NCBI GenBank assembly: GCA_001938485.1
Contig: MQRK01216771.1
Location: forward strand, 1-52,830
From: Girardia tigrina
Taxonomy: Eukaryota
DNA: 52,830 bases
Reading direction: 5' to 3'
Shown here: piece by piece, positions 11,386 through 22,001 of the stretch
Layout of the letters: each line of letters starts with the position of its first letter
Position numbering within the stretch: position 1 is the stretch's first letter
Notes under the pieces: generated by a model
Database searches by the model: none
Seen by the model: only the letters and a program-made list of their open reading frames with translations
Told to the model about the DNA's origin: nothing
Position numbers and translations under genes: made by a program

Positions 11386-13249
11386 CAGGTTTTGTCAGCA
11401 CATTTCAGAAAATTGTAATTCAACGTCAGAATTTGTAAATTCGTTTAAGAATTTTGACAATCAATTTAAGAATTTTGTAAGTCAATTTAGGAATTTGTTT
11501 AAATATACATTTAGTTTACAATTATAATTATTTAAATTTNNNNNNNNNNNNNNNNNNNNNNNNNNNNNNNNNNNNNNNNNNNNNNNNNNNNNNNNNNNNN
11601 NNNNNNNNNNNNNNNNNNNNNNNNNNNNNNNNNNNNNNNNNNNNNNNNNNNNNNNNNNNNNNNNNNNNNNNNNNNNNNNNNNNNNNNNNNNNNNNNNNNN
11701 NNNNNNNNNNNNNNNNNNNNNNNNNNNNNNNNNNNNNNNNNNNNNNNNNNNNNNNNTTCTTAATTTGAAGTATAAAACAGTGTATTCGATTATTCAGGTC
11801 TATAAGAAAGAAAATAGGATCGAACAAAAACTGAAAGGAGGACCAAGAAGAAAAGCTTTAACCGAAGACCATGTTGATGCCATTAAATCATGGATATATG
11901 AAAATTGCGGAATTACTCTTCAGCACATTCAAGGACTTTTGCGTTCAAAATTTAATGTTGCTGTCTGTCTGAAAACAATTGACAGATATATTGGTTGTTA
12001 TTATTTGCCTATATAGATAAGTTTAGTGAATATATAACGGCTGAAGATTGTTCTGGATATTTTAGGAATGTCTTTTCATTCTTTCCAAAGTGTTTGAGTA
12101 GAACACCAATATATGATGGGAATTAATTTGTATGTAAATATATATATGTATTTGTATGTTAATACATATACTAATAAATATACATATGTTAATATGTATG
12201 ATCAGTGCCGTAACTACAAGGGGCAAAAGGGGGCATTGCCCCCCCGCAAATTGTCATTGCCCCCCGCAAATTTTACAAGAGTTAGATAGACGGTTCGGGG
12301 AACTGCACAGCAAAATTGCCTCGGCAGTGGAGGCAACAAATCCAGCTTCTAAGAACTTCATGAATGCAACTACATTAAAACCTTTATCTGATCTCATTGG
12401 ATTGACACTAGATGAAACTGAACTCGTTCTAGCCAAAAAGTTCTTCGCGAAAGAAAGTGGAAGAGCCACAGATTCTGCTTCAATACAGCGGTCATCTGTC
12501 ACTGAAGCAATGCCAACTGTGCAGCAAATTTTATCTGTTGCACGAACAATTTCTATTTCAAGTGCACCATGCGAATCTTCCTTCAGTACTCTCAATCTGA
12601 TTTTAACACCCCAACGACAGTCAATGTTAGATCAAAGAAAATCAGATTTAATTCTCATCTCATATGAACAGGATTTGGCAAGTCGTATTCATCAATCTGA
12701 AGACTTGATCAAACGGTTCTACAAGGCTGGCTCTTATGGAAAGCGACACTTACAATTATTTTAGTTAATTGTATTTATGAATACATTTTTAGATTTTGTT
12801 TCTATTAATACATGGTAGTGATTATGAATGCTTCAATGACAAATGTCTCTCAATATAAGTGAAGATTACGCTCAAGGATTTACCATAGGCAATAGAAAAA
12901 AAACGGAAAATTCGTGTAATTTTTATTGCCCCTCTGCAAATACGGTTTGCCCACCCGTTCAGAGATTCCTAGTTACGGCACTGTGTATGATGTAAATAAA
13001 TTTTAGCTATTCATTTTAGTTTTTGTTTCTGTGAATTAGGTATTTGTAAACTTGTATATTTCGCAATATTTACACAAAGTCATAAATGAATTGACGAATT
13101 TCTTAAATGGAAATACAAAATTCTTAAACTGATTTACAAAATTCTTAAATTGATTTTCCATTTCTTAAACGGATGTACAAAATTCTTAAATTGATTTACA
13201 AAAATCTTAAATGTGATGATGTCATTCTGAAATGTGCTGACAAACCCTG
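11386..13249 (+). mobile_element. Non-autonomous Tc1/IS630-like element, copy 1 (carries a nested hAT)
   Basis: TA|CAGGTTTTGTCAGCACATTTCAGA...TCTGAAATGTGCTGACAAACCCTG|TA, with ~22-bp subterminal tandem repeats. An HTH-type N-terminal ORF is joined to a C-terminal remnant (ITAEDCSGYFRN); the DDE core is absent. Confidence 0.9.
12203..12983 (+). mobile_element. Internally deleted hAT element retaining the C-terminal dimerisation domain
   Basis: 14-bp TIR CAGTGCCGTAACTA / TAGTTACGGCACTG and 8-bp TSD TGTATGAT. The ORF contains ISSAPCESSFSTLNLILTPQRQSM. The empty site is visible in copy 2 near 14766. Confidence 0.95.
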
Positions 13250-13943
13250 TAAATATATAGTAATATACACTTAAATTATTTAAATGTATATTAATACTGA
13301 TTTGATTTATTTGCAGTACGATCTTCGTTCCGATTGTTCGTGTATCTAGAGTGAGAGAAAATAGAAAATCAAATTTAATTTCTGCTTATTATTATTGTAT
13401 ATTACCGAGAAGTGTTTTTGGAGACTTTTATCGATTCGATTCATTTTAAGAAATTTTTTGGAGCTTTTTTTTGTAAAACTAATTATCCTTTTAATAAATA
13501 AATTCATTTTTTTATAATTTTGTTATGAGTGTTAATCGTCGAAAATTGGCATTTATTTTCTTTTCCGGTTTTATAATTAAATCCGAAATCAAAAAGAGTT
13601 TTCATTACTAAAAATTTATTTTCAATCCACACTTTTTTTAATTTCAAATTTGGCGCTTCTTTTCCAATAAATTTGAAATATTTAAACAACACACGTTTAT
13701 TATAAAATATACATTAAATAAAAATACAATTAATATATACACTGAGAGAGTCATAAACACATCCGAACATCATACCAAAGTTACACGAATTAAATTAACA
13801 ACAATCATAATTTACAAATCATCCTTACAATGAGATTTTTGAATTTTTTTGTAAATTTAAGGATTTTTAATAAATTTGTGATGTTTTAATATTTTTTGAT
13901 GTTTTTTTGAAAAATTAAATGGAACTTAATTATTCTTTTAATA

Positions 13944-15010
13944 CAGGGTTTGTCAGCACATTTCAGAAAATTGTAATTCAACGTCAGAATTTGTAAATCC
14001 GTTTAAGAATTTTAACAATCAATTTAAGAATTTTGCATATCCGTTTAAGAATTTTGACAATCAATTTAAGAATTTTGTAAGTCAATTTANGAATTTGTTT
14101 AAATATACATTTAGTTTACAATTATAATTATTTAAATTTGTAAAGTAGAGTAAACTGTTTTTTTATTTTTTACTACATATATATTTTCTTTAGATATGGC
14201 AGTTTGTAATGAAATAAGGAAAATGATTATTGACTCGTATATGACGAACCATTCAGTTATCGAAATTGCTTTAATTCTTAATTTGAAGTATAAAACANNN
14301 NNNNNNNNNNNNNNNNNNNNNNNNNNNNNNNNNNNNNNNNNNNNNNNACAGTGTATTCGATTATTCAGGTCTATAAGAAAGAAAATAGGATCGAACAAAA
14401 ACTGAAAGGAGGACCAAGAAGAAAAGCTTTAACCGAAGACCATGTTGATGCCATTAAATCATGGATATATGAAAATTGCGGAATTACTCTTCAGCACATT
14501 CAAGGACTTTTGCGTTCAAAATTTAATGTTGCTGTCTGTCTGAAAACAATTGACAGATATATTGGTTGTTATTATTTGCCTATATAGATAAGTTTAGTGA
14601 ATATATAACGGCTGAAGATTGTTCTGGATATTTTAGGAATGTCTTTTCATTCTTTCCAAAGTGTTTGAGTAGAACACCAATATATGATGGGAATTAATTT
14701 GTATGTAAATATATATATGTATTTGTATGTTAATACATATACTAATACATATACATATGTTAATATGTATGATGTAAATAAATTTTAGCTATTCATTTTA
14801 GTTTTTGTTTCTGTGAATTAGGTATTTGTAAACTTGTATATTTCGCAATATTTACACAAAGTCATAAATGAATTGACGAATTTCTTAAATGGAAATACAA
14901 AATTCTTAAACTGATTTTCCATTTCTTAAACGGATGTACAAAATTCTTAAATTGATTTACAAAAATCTTAAATGTGATGATGTCATTCTGAAATGTGCTG
15001 ACAAACCCTG
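13944..15010 (+). mobile_element. Non-autonomous Tc1/IS630-like element, copy 2
   Basis: Perfect TIR CAGGGTTTGTCAGCACATTTCAGAA with TA TSD, near-identical to copy 1. The ORF starts MAVCNEIRKMII at 14196. Confidence 0.9.
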
Positions 15011-15651
15011 TAAATGAAATTACTTTTAAACATTGCAACACGAAGTCTTATATGATTCGTTAATTTGTTCGTGTGTAAAGTTATGTCTTCATGCAGTATG
15101 TATGCTTCTATATTGAATTTTTTTAATCATCGGACATTCTTTTATTAAATGAAATTATTTTGATTATTCCTATATGTGATTGGCTAGAATTATGTGAGAT
15201 GGATTCAATTAATATAAATTCTTTTAATTAATGAGATTATTCTCTAAATAAACGGGAAAGACAGTATACGCTTTTTGTTATTATTTATGAATTATAAGAA
15301 CTTGTTTATAACTAAATGAGAATAGGTGTGGTAACTGTTTGTGACTGTAATAAAAAAATCATGAAAAAATCCTCATTCATTATCAAAAAGAATTTTACAA
15401 TGATTACTCTATTAATTTAAATTAATTCCCATATTAAGCTATTTATAAAATAAAATAAATAATTTAAGAGGCAAATTTATTTTCGTTATCTATATTAAAA
15501 AATTAAATTTCAATAAATAAAATATAATCGATATTGAAATGCAAGCTTCTGAAATTATTATTATTATGGAAATACAAAATTCTATCTTCTAAAAAATAAA
15601 AGTAGTGAAAATAATACCCCATATGAATTAAAGCAATTAATCGTAACACAT

Positions 15652-16683
15652 ATGAATGCTACCGACAAGAGTATTCTTGCAATGTTAGAGAAAAAGAAAA
15701 AAGAGTTCGATGTAAAATGGAAATCACCGCCGACATTTAATGTTGAAATGACAAGTTATACACCTCTTAAGTCTCTTGGTAAAGGAGCTTTTGGTAAAGT
15801 TGTATTGGTGAAGCATGTTGATAATGGAAACCTATATGCATGTAAACAACTAAATAAGGCTCAGGTGGTAAAAACGAGGCAAATCGAAAATGCAATGAAT
15901 GAAAAGAATATAATTTCGTGTTGTAATTTCCCGTTTTTAATAGGTTTATCTGCAACGTTTCAAGACAACGCGAATTTGTATTTATTATTAGAATTTGCTT
16001 CCGGTGGTGAATTGTTTGGATTATTAAGAAAACTTAAACGATTTCCTGAGGGCTGGGTCAAATTTTACACTTGTCAAGTGTTGATGGGCTTAGAGTATTT
16101 GCACTTTTTAACAATCGCATATCGTGACTTGAAACCCGAAAACATATTGATTTGTGAAGACGGTTATTTAAAAGTTGCTGATTTGGGATTTGCAAAGTTG
16201 ATTCCTAAAGAAAAACGAACTTGGACTTTGTGTGGTACGCCTGATTATATGGCTCCGGAAATCATTCAAAATAAAGGATACAGTTATTATGTTGATTGGT
16301 GGGCTTTTGGGGTGTTAATTTATGAGTTAATAAGTGGCGTTCCACCATTTATGCAACGGGATCAAATGAAAACCTTTGAAAGGATTTTAACCGGGAAATT
16401 TAAATACACAGATCACTTTCGGCCAGAAGTAAAAGATTTAGTGACGAACTTGCTTCAAGTTGATTTGAGTAAAAGATATGGAAATTTACAAAACGGGGTT
16501 TCCGATATAAGGCATCACGAGTTTTTCCAAGAGATCGATTGGGTATCTATTTACAAGAAAAAGATCAAACCTCCTTATAAACCGAAATTGGTCAATTATA
16601 ATGAATACGTTCCCACTGCTTCCTTTGATATGGATACTTCGCAAACGACTGATAAATATGCCAAAGACTTCAAAAATTTTTAA
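15652..16683 (+). CDS. PKA-C: cAMP-dependent protein kinase catalytic subunit-like (divergent, intronless)
   Basis: Motifs LGKGAFGKV, YACK, GGELF, YRDLKPEN, DLGFAK, RTWTLCGTPDYMAPE, DWWAFG, LLQVDLSKRYGNL and a C-terminal FxxF (FKNF). The true start may lie upstream (see findings). Confidence 0.95.
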   Translation: MNATDKSILAMLEKKKKEFDVKWKSPPTFNVEMTSYTPLKSLGKGAFGKVVLVKHVDNGNLYACKQLNKAQVVKTRQIENAMNEKNIISCCNFPFLIGLSATFQDNANLYLLLEFASGGELFGLLRKLKRFPEGWVKFYTCQVLMGLEYLHFLTIAYRDLKPENILICEDGYLKVADLGFAKLIPKEKRTWTLCGTPDYMAPEIIQNKGYSYYVDWWAFGVLIYELISGVPPFMQRDQMKTFERILTGKFKYTDHFRPEVKDLVTNLLQVDLSKRYGNLQNGVSDIRHHEFFQEIDWVSIYKKKIKPPYKPKLVNYNEYVPTASFDMDTSQTTDKYAKDFKNF

Positions 16684-17113
16684 TTTCCTATATTTACTAT
16701 TTTTTAATAGCCAAATTCAGTGGGATAAATTTGCGTGAATATTATCAATTAATTTGTGAATTAATTTTCTTTGTACTTAAATTTAATGGCTTTTCATTAT
16801 TTTGACCATCTAATAATTCTGTAATTTTTATTTCACTTAATATTTTGGTAATAAAATTTGTGTATTTCGTTCGTGATAATCATTTTGAAATTTTATTTGA
16901 GTTGATAGTTCGAAAAATTGGTTTAGTTTACTTGAAATCATTTATTGTCCAAAGTCTACTCTTAGTCAGGCCCAAGGAGAGGCGGGACAAGCGGGCCAAT
17001 GGCCCCAAATCTTCAAATTTTCATTGGAAAAAAACATTTTAGAAAATGAAAATTAATTTTTTTAATGCAATGATATGAAAATAGACTAGTGATACAAGTC
17101 ATTTCTTCATATA

Positions 17114-17570
17114 CAGTAGGAGACAAATTATTACATACACCTCTATTTTTAATGTTTTTCTTTTATAAATATTTTATTAAAATGAATATCTTTCAGATAT
17201 TTTTATACAATATTCTTTATGACCATGAACACATTTTCGCAAAATGTCGTATATATATGTTCATTTTTTAAAAAGTTATAACACTGAACATAAAATACGA
17301 TGGACAAATTATTAAATACACAAAGACACGGTTATGCAATAAAGGTCGGAAAAGCCAAATAATACACAAAACACATATATTTAAGGTACAAAACTTTACC
17401 TTAATGTTTCTAATATCTTATATTACCTCCTATAGCTTTAATTACTGCATCAATCCGTCGTGGCATGCTTTCAATAACGTTCTTTATTGTCACAGTAAGG
17501 CCGACATCTTGAAGCCAAACCCGATTAAGTTCGGCGACCAGACCATCTTTGGTAGTTATGGTTTGTCGAA
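17114..17570 (-). mobile_element. Tc1 3' fragment with IR/DR-type terminal repeat
   Basis: C-terminus ESMPRRIDAVIKAIGGNIRY*. Terminus TA|CAGTAGGAGACAAATTATTACATACAC, with an inner repeat GGACAAATTATTAAATACAC near 17302. Confidence 0.8.
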
Positions 17571-18144
17571 ACCCGGGTGACCAGACATATCGACACACGA
17601 CAATTCGATACAAGGCAATTTGACACATTTTAAAACTAAACATTTGTAACTAGATATTTTTTTAAAACTTGACATTTTTAATAAATATATTTTTATTTTG
17701 ACTTTAGATTTTAATTAATATATATATATGGTTCCATGACAATTCGACCAACGTACTATTCGACACATATTTTTAATTCGATATGTATTCTTTAATTCGA
17801 CACATAAAAGAATTCTTAGTACAGTTTCTTAGTAAAAATGTAGTTTTAGAAAATGTTTTGAAGCTTCATCAATATATCGCGATTTTTGAAAATTTCAAAA
17901 AATTTGGGAGAAGTTTAAATTGCCAATTAGTCGATATAAAGATTGAATGCGGAGTTGATGACTGCCTTCGATTACTATATGTTCGGTGCAATTCTTGAGG
18001 ATCGCGAACGTTAGTTGTTTATTTTCCCTCGACCCCAAGCCTGCACCCAACCTTCGAAGAGTCACGGCCACGCAATTGCTGTGCAACCCACTCCGCTATC
18101 ACATGCAGTATATCATCATTGTCATTCAAAAGTCTCTTTGTCAA

Positions 18145-19190
18145 ATATTCCAGGAATATTTTTTTCGAGATAGAATTGCTCTTTGTTCTGCGCAATCAGA
18201 CAGCAACTTCTCATACATTTGCTTACATGAAAGCACAAAGTTCAACTTCACTTGTGAAATTGCCTGCACACAGTTTACAGACAACCTGTTCCTTTAGTCA
18301 CTCTACTGCAACTTAACAAGAGAAAACACACGTTCTACGCCAGCATTACAGGCAGGAATAACAAAGATATGTGATACAAGCTCAGTCATACATGGTAACT
18401 TTCTGTTTGTGAAAACTTTTACCCGTCGTTGATGAACCGGCAGTGGCAATATTTCAACTAATAAATCACCGATATCATCATTTAAGATATGTTGGAGCAG
18501 TTTGGTCTAGAAATAGAAGGGAGAGTCGGGAAAATTTTTATATCCAACGTAATCCCCTAACACTTTTCTAGATACCTTACCTCGTTAAACAATTCATCTT
18601 TGTTCACATGCAGCTACATCATTGATGTCTTCATAAACCAGGATATTTGAGTTGGATAGCATGAGCCAACCAACATTTTTTGGTAAGGTGGATATGTTGA
18701 ATCACGTGTCAATGTAATTGACTGAAGTATCATAAAAGGACATGAATTCGGCTTTAAATTTCACGGCTCTGCCGTTATCATCCATGTGATCCAATGTTGT
18801 CAGTGTCACAGCCCCACAAAGCCCTCCTGTCATCTTCTCTGAAGTAGACATGGAGTGGTAATTTTTGGATTACCATTTCGGTTAAAGGTAATTTTAAAAA
18901 TACTAGGGAATCATATTCATCTCACCTGTAGCTTCGATCTCAAATCTTGCATTGCAGCCAACATCTCTGGAAGCGAGAGGTGTTCCTGTTCAGGGAGCAA
19001 TATCGTCTTCTTGAAGACTGAGAGTGCACTTTGGAGAAACAGGAAAACGCATTGACTTGCTTCTGATGTAAAGAAGTCTTGCAGAATACTTCGTACTCCA
19101 TCAGTAGACAAAAACTGGGACTTCAGAGCAGACCATAGTTCAATGATGCGTTCAATGATGCGAAGTTTGGTCAACCATCGAGTTTTATAT
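18145..19190 (-). pseudogene. Degenerate hAT transposase, 3' half
   Basis: KTRWL..IERIIELWSALK..F and a dimerisation motif, IFVIPACNAGVERVFSLVKLQ*SD*RNRLSV..QVKLNF. Confidence 0.85.
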
Positions 19191-19635
19191 ATTGATAACA
19201 TCCTTGTTGACCGACAGAGCACCGAAGACACCACATTGAAGCTAAATATAACATAAAGAAAAACGGACAGAGTCATTTGAAAACTCCCCCGTTGAGAGAA
19301 ATCAGACAACCGCCCCTTCCCTGACAGAGCTTCGTTAGGAACATCAGTGGCAATAATTCTCAAACAGATTACACTGCCTCGAGAGAAGTTATAAACCTTA
19401 AAAGAATAAAAGTTAATTAAAAACGAACCAAAAAAACAACTGTTGAGGACAGAAGGTGTCCTCAATCTACGGAAATAGTAAATCCACGAAATTCATTATT
19501 AAACAATTTATTTAACGAAAATTATAAATCCATAATAAATAATCAATTTCAATATTCTTAACTATCAACTTTAATAATAATATTTTTTAATAATAAGTAG
19601 GGCACTACATAAGCCCCCCTATTATAAGTGGAACG

Positions 19636-19863
19636 TTACTGTCGAGAAACCTTATTAGGAATTATTCTTTTTCGAATTCTTTCATCTAGTAGACACAGAT
19701 GCCAATTATTTATTTCTATGTCAGAGATGAATTGTATTCTTTTTTCGTTAATTTGAGTTTGCGTGCCCATTACATCTAGAATGAAAGAATGTTTGGTCAT
19801 ATCTATTATTTTGTATGGTCCGTTGTAACCACCGTCTGTCTTGTTTCTGACTAAAGCCTTCAA
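19636..19863 (-). pseudogene. Integrase C-terminal GPY/F remnant
   Basis: YNGPYKII....F.L......IN..RI, located immediately before the PPT. Confidence 0.65.
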
Positions 19864-21035
19864 AAATAGGTCTGTTTTTCGACACCAGTAATAAATTTAT
19901 TCTTCGAATTAGTTTCGTGTGCAAATTTAAAAGTCTCAAAGTTCGTGGTTAATGTTGATTTTTCTGTTTTAATATTATTATCTTGATGTTTAACATTGTT
20001 ATAGCATATTGAGTTGATTTGATTTTTAGTCTGGTGATTTTCAGTTCTTTCTTTTTCGAAATCTAATTCTATATAGTTTTTGTTCACATTTATTGGTTCG
20101 TTTTCATTTTTTGAATCAGTAAAATTTTCTTTGTTCATAAGTTGATTATTTTCAGTATTTACTGTTAGTGTATATTTGTCTTTGTATTTTATACTTTCAT
20201 TATGGATGGTCTGAACTGTTTTGTTTACAGAAGCTTTTTCTGTTTGAGTTGAAATATTGTGTGACATTATTTTATTTGTCCGAGTTTCCTGGTGTATCTT
20301 TGTCATACCCATTGTTTGACAATGTTGATTTATGAGTGTTTTGGTTGCAGTTCTTTCGTTTAGCACTTCTTGGATGGATTGTTTTAGTTGTGAATATTTT
20401 TCTGTTGCTTGTATTTGATTATACGTTAATTTGGAAATGTTGATGGGATTGTTTTCTGAATATGTATTATTTACTTGAATTTCTTTTGGTTTTTTTATTT
20501 CCAAAAAATCTGATTGACTTATTCTGCAGTTCGATTTTGAAAGTACATTTTTTTCTTTTTTTGTCTGAGTTATTAAGTGAGTGACGTAATTTCTGTTAAA
20601 ATTACTTTGGATTTTTGAGTTGTAAAAGGTTCGAAATTTTGTTTTCTGAGTATGTTTTTCTTGTCTGAAAGAACACGGGTATTGACATTTAAAAGCATTT
20701 TCGTTAAAATTCAGGTGATACCAACAGATNNNNNNNNNNNTTTGTTTCTGATTTCCAAAATCCTTTGCGTCATAATTGGCGAACTTGTGAGAAAAAGAAT
20801 TGAGCTGATTTATTTGATTGATCTTGTTATGCTTCACTTTATTTATAGTTTTAGAAATTCCCAATGCAAATAAAGAGTATTCCACTTTTTTTTGTACATC
20901 GAAAAGCAGTCTTTCCATTGCGTTTAATAGAAAATCATATTTTACGTTTAACTGCGATAAATTATCTTGTTCATCTTGATATGTGGATAATAATTCCTGG
21001 ATTAACTGGTTGAAATTTCTTTTTGACGGAGGCAT
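19860..21035 (-). CDS. Gag-like protein with CWYH..F...A.KC..PC knuckle and long N/K/T-rich tail
   Basis: 391-aa ORF (contains a small N gap) inside the LTR element, with ICWYHLNFNENAFKCQYPCSF. Confidence 0.75.
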   Translation of the reverse strand: MPPSKRNFNQLIQELLSTYQDEQDNLSQLNVKYDFLLNAMERLLFDVQKKVEYSLFALGISKTINKVKHNKINQINQLNSFSHKFANYDAKDFGNQKQXXXXICWYHLNFNENAFKCQYPCSFRQEKHTQKTKFRTFYNSKIQSNFNRNYVTHLITQTKKEKNVLSKSNCRISQSDFLEIKKPKEIQVNNTYSENNPINISKLTYNQIQATEKYSQLKQSIQEVLNERTATKTLINQHCQTMGMTKIHQETRTNKIMSHNISTQTEKASVNKTVQTIHNESIKYKDKYTLTVNTENNQLMNKENFTDSKNENEPINVNKNYIELDFEKERTENHQTKNQINSICYNNVKHQDNNIKTEKSTLTTNFETFKFAHETNSKNKFITGVEKQTYF

Positions 21036-22001
21036 ATTCTTCTTTCTTTATTTCTTCTGATGTGTTTGGGATTTGTTTTGTAGGTTCTTTGTTTTCTGAC
21101 ACCAATTGTTGAGGACAGAAGGTGTCCTCAATCTACGGAAATAGTAAATCCACGAATTTCATTATTAAACAATTTATTTAACGAAAATTATAAATCCATA
21201 ATAAATAATCAATTTCAATATTCTTAACTATCAACTTTAATAATAATAATTTTTTAATAATAAGTAGGGCACTACAACAACAAAGCCTTTACTGAACTTC
21301 CCCGTAGACATAGAAGGTCATCCGACCCTCTTTGAAGAGCTCGCAGTGAACCGAGTCCATGAGATAGACCCGCGAGACGGTAACAGATTCCCGAACAAAG
21401 TTATAGTCCCTGCAAAATTAAGAAATTAATTAAAATATAAGAAGAATTAATTAAAAAACCTGCATGAGTCAACCGCGAAACCATCATTCGATTAATCAGC
21501 ATGATTCATCCATGAATAATACTGATCACGCGTTCCGAGAATGATGGCAGCACTGCTAGAAACCGGCGTGTGTTATGGACCCCGACAAATGAAATTACAG
21601 AAATAGCAAGTGGCACCAATGAAATAGTTCCACGGCGAAAAGGCACAATAGCAGATAGAGAATGTTAATATAAATATTACAATACAATCGTTAATTGCAG
21701 TAAGTGCAGACCATTTTGAGAACAATTTGAATAACTTGAAGAAGAGAGCAAGAATTAAATCGAACAATTATTAATCGAGATATCTGACAGACTCAAGCCG
21801 ACAAGTCATTAGCAGCATTTAACCGCGAGGTAAAAAATTACAGATAAAATAAAATAAACAACAAAAATATGTAAGAGGGAGCTTGCTGCTGAACTAAATT
21901 TTGATACTATTATCAATAAATTTACAGAAATCAAAGCGCGAAAACTTCACTAGGAAAATTGTAGTTAAAATTGGAAATTTTGAAATGACTTCGTTACATA
22001 G

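Larger units (their letters stand above)
19441..21276 (-). mobile_element. Compact non-autonomous Gypsy (Mag-like) LTR retrotransposon, 1.8 kb
   Basis: Near-identical TG...CA LTRs at 19441-19609 and 21107-21276, with 5-bp TSD ACAAC. PBS TGGTGTCAGAA lies beside the 5' LTR and PPT AGGGGGG beside the 3' LTR. Confidence 0.95.
19190..21740 (-). repeat. Copy B of the intron-containing dispersed repeat, interrupted by an LTR element
   Basis: Alignable to 5890-6620 on both sides of 19441-21276 (e.g. CACATTGAAGCT, TAGAAGGTCATCC, AATTAATTAAAATA). Confidence 0.7.

Noticed and set aside
11400-11520. CRISPR-like ~22-bp repeats (also 13090-13210 and 13990-14100)
   Set aside because: These are subterminal repeats of a Tc1/IS630-like element. 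There are no unique spacers or cas genes, and the context is eukaryotic.
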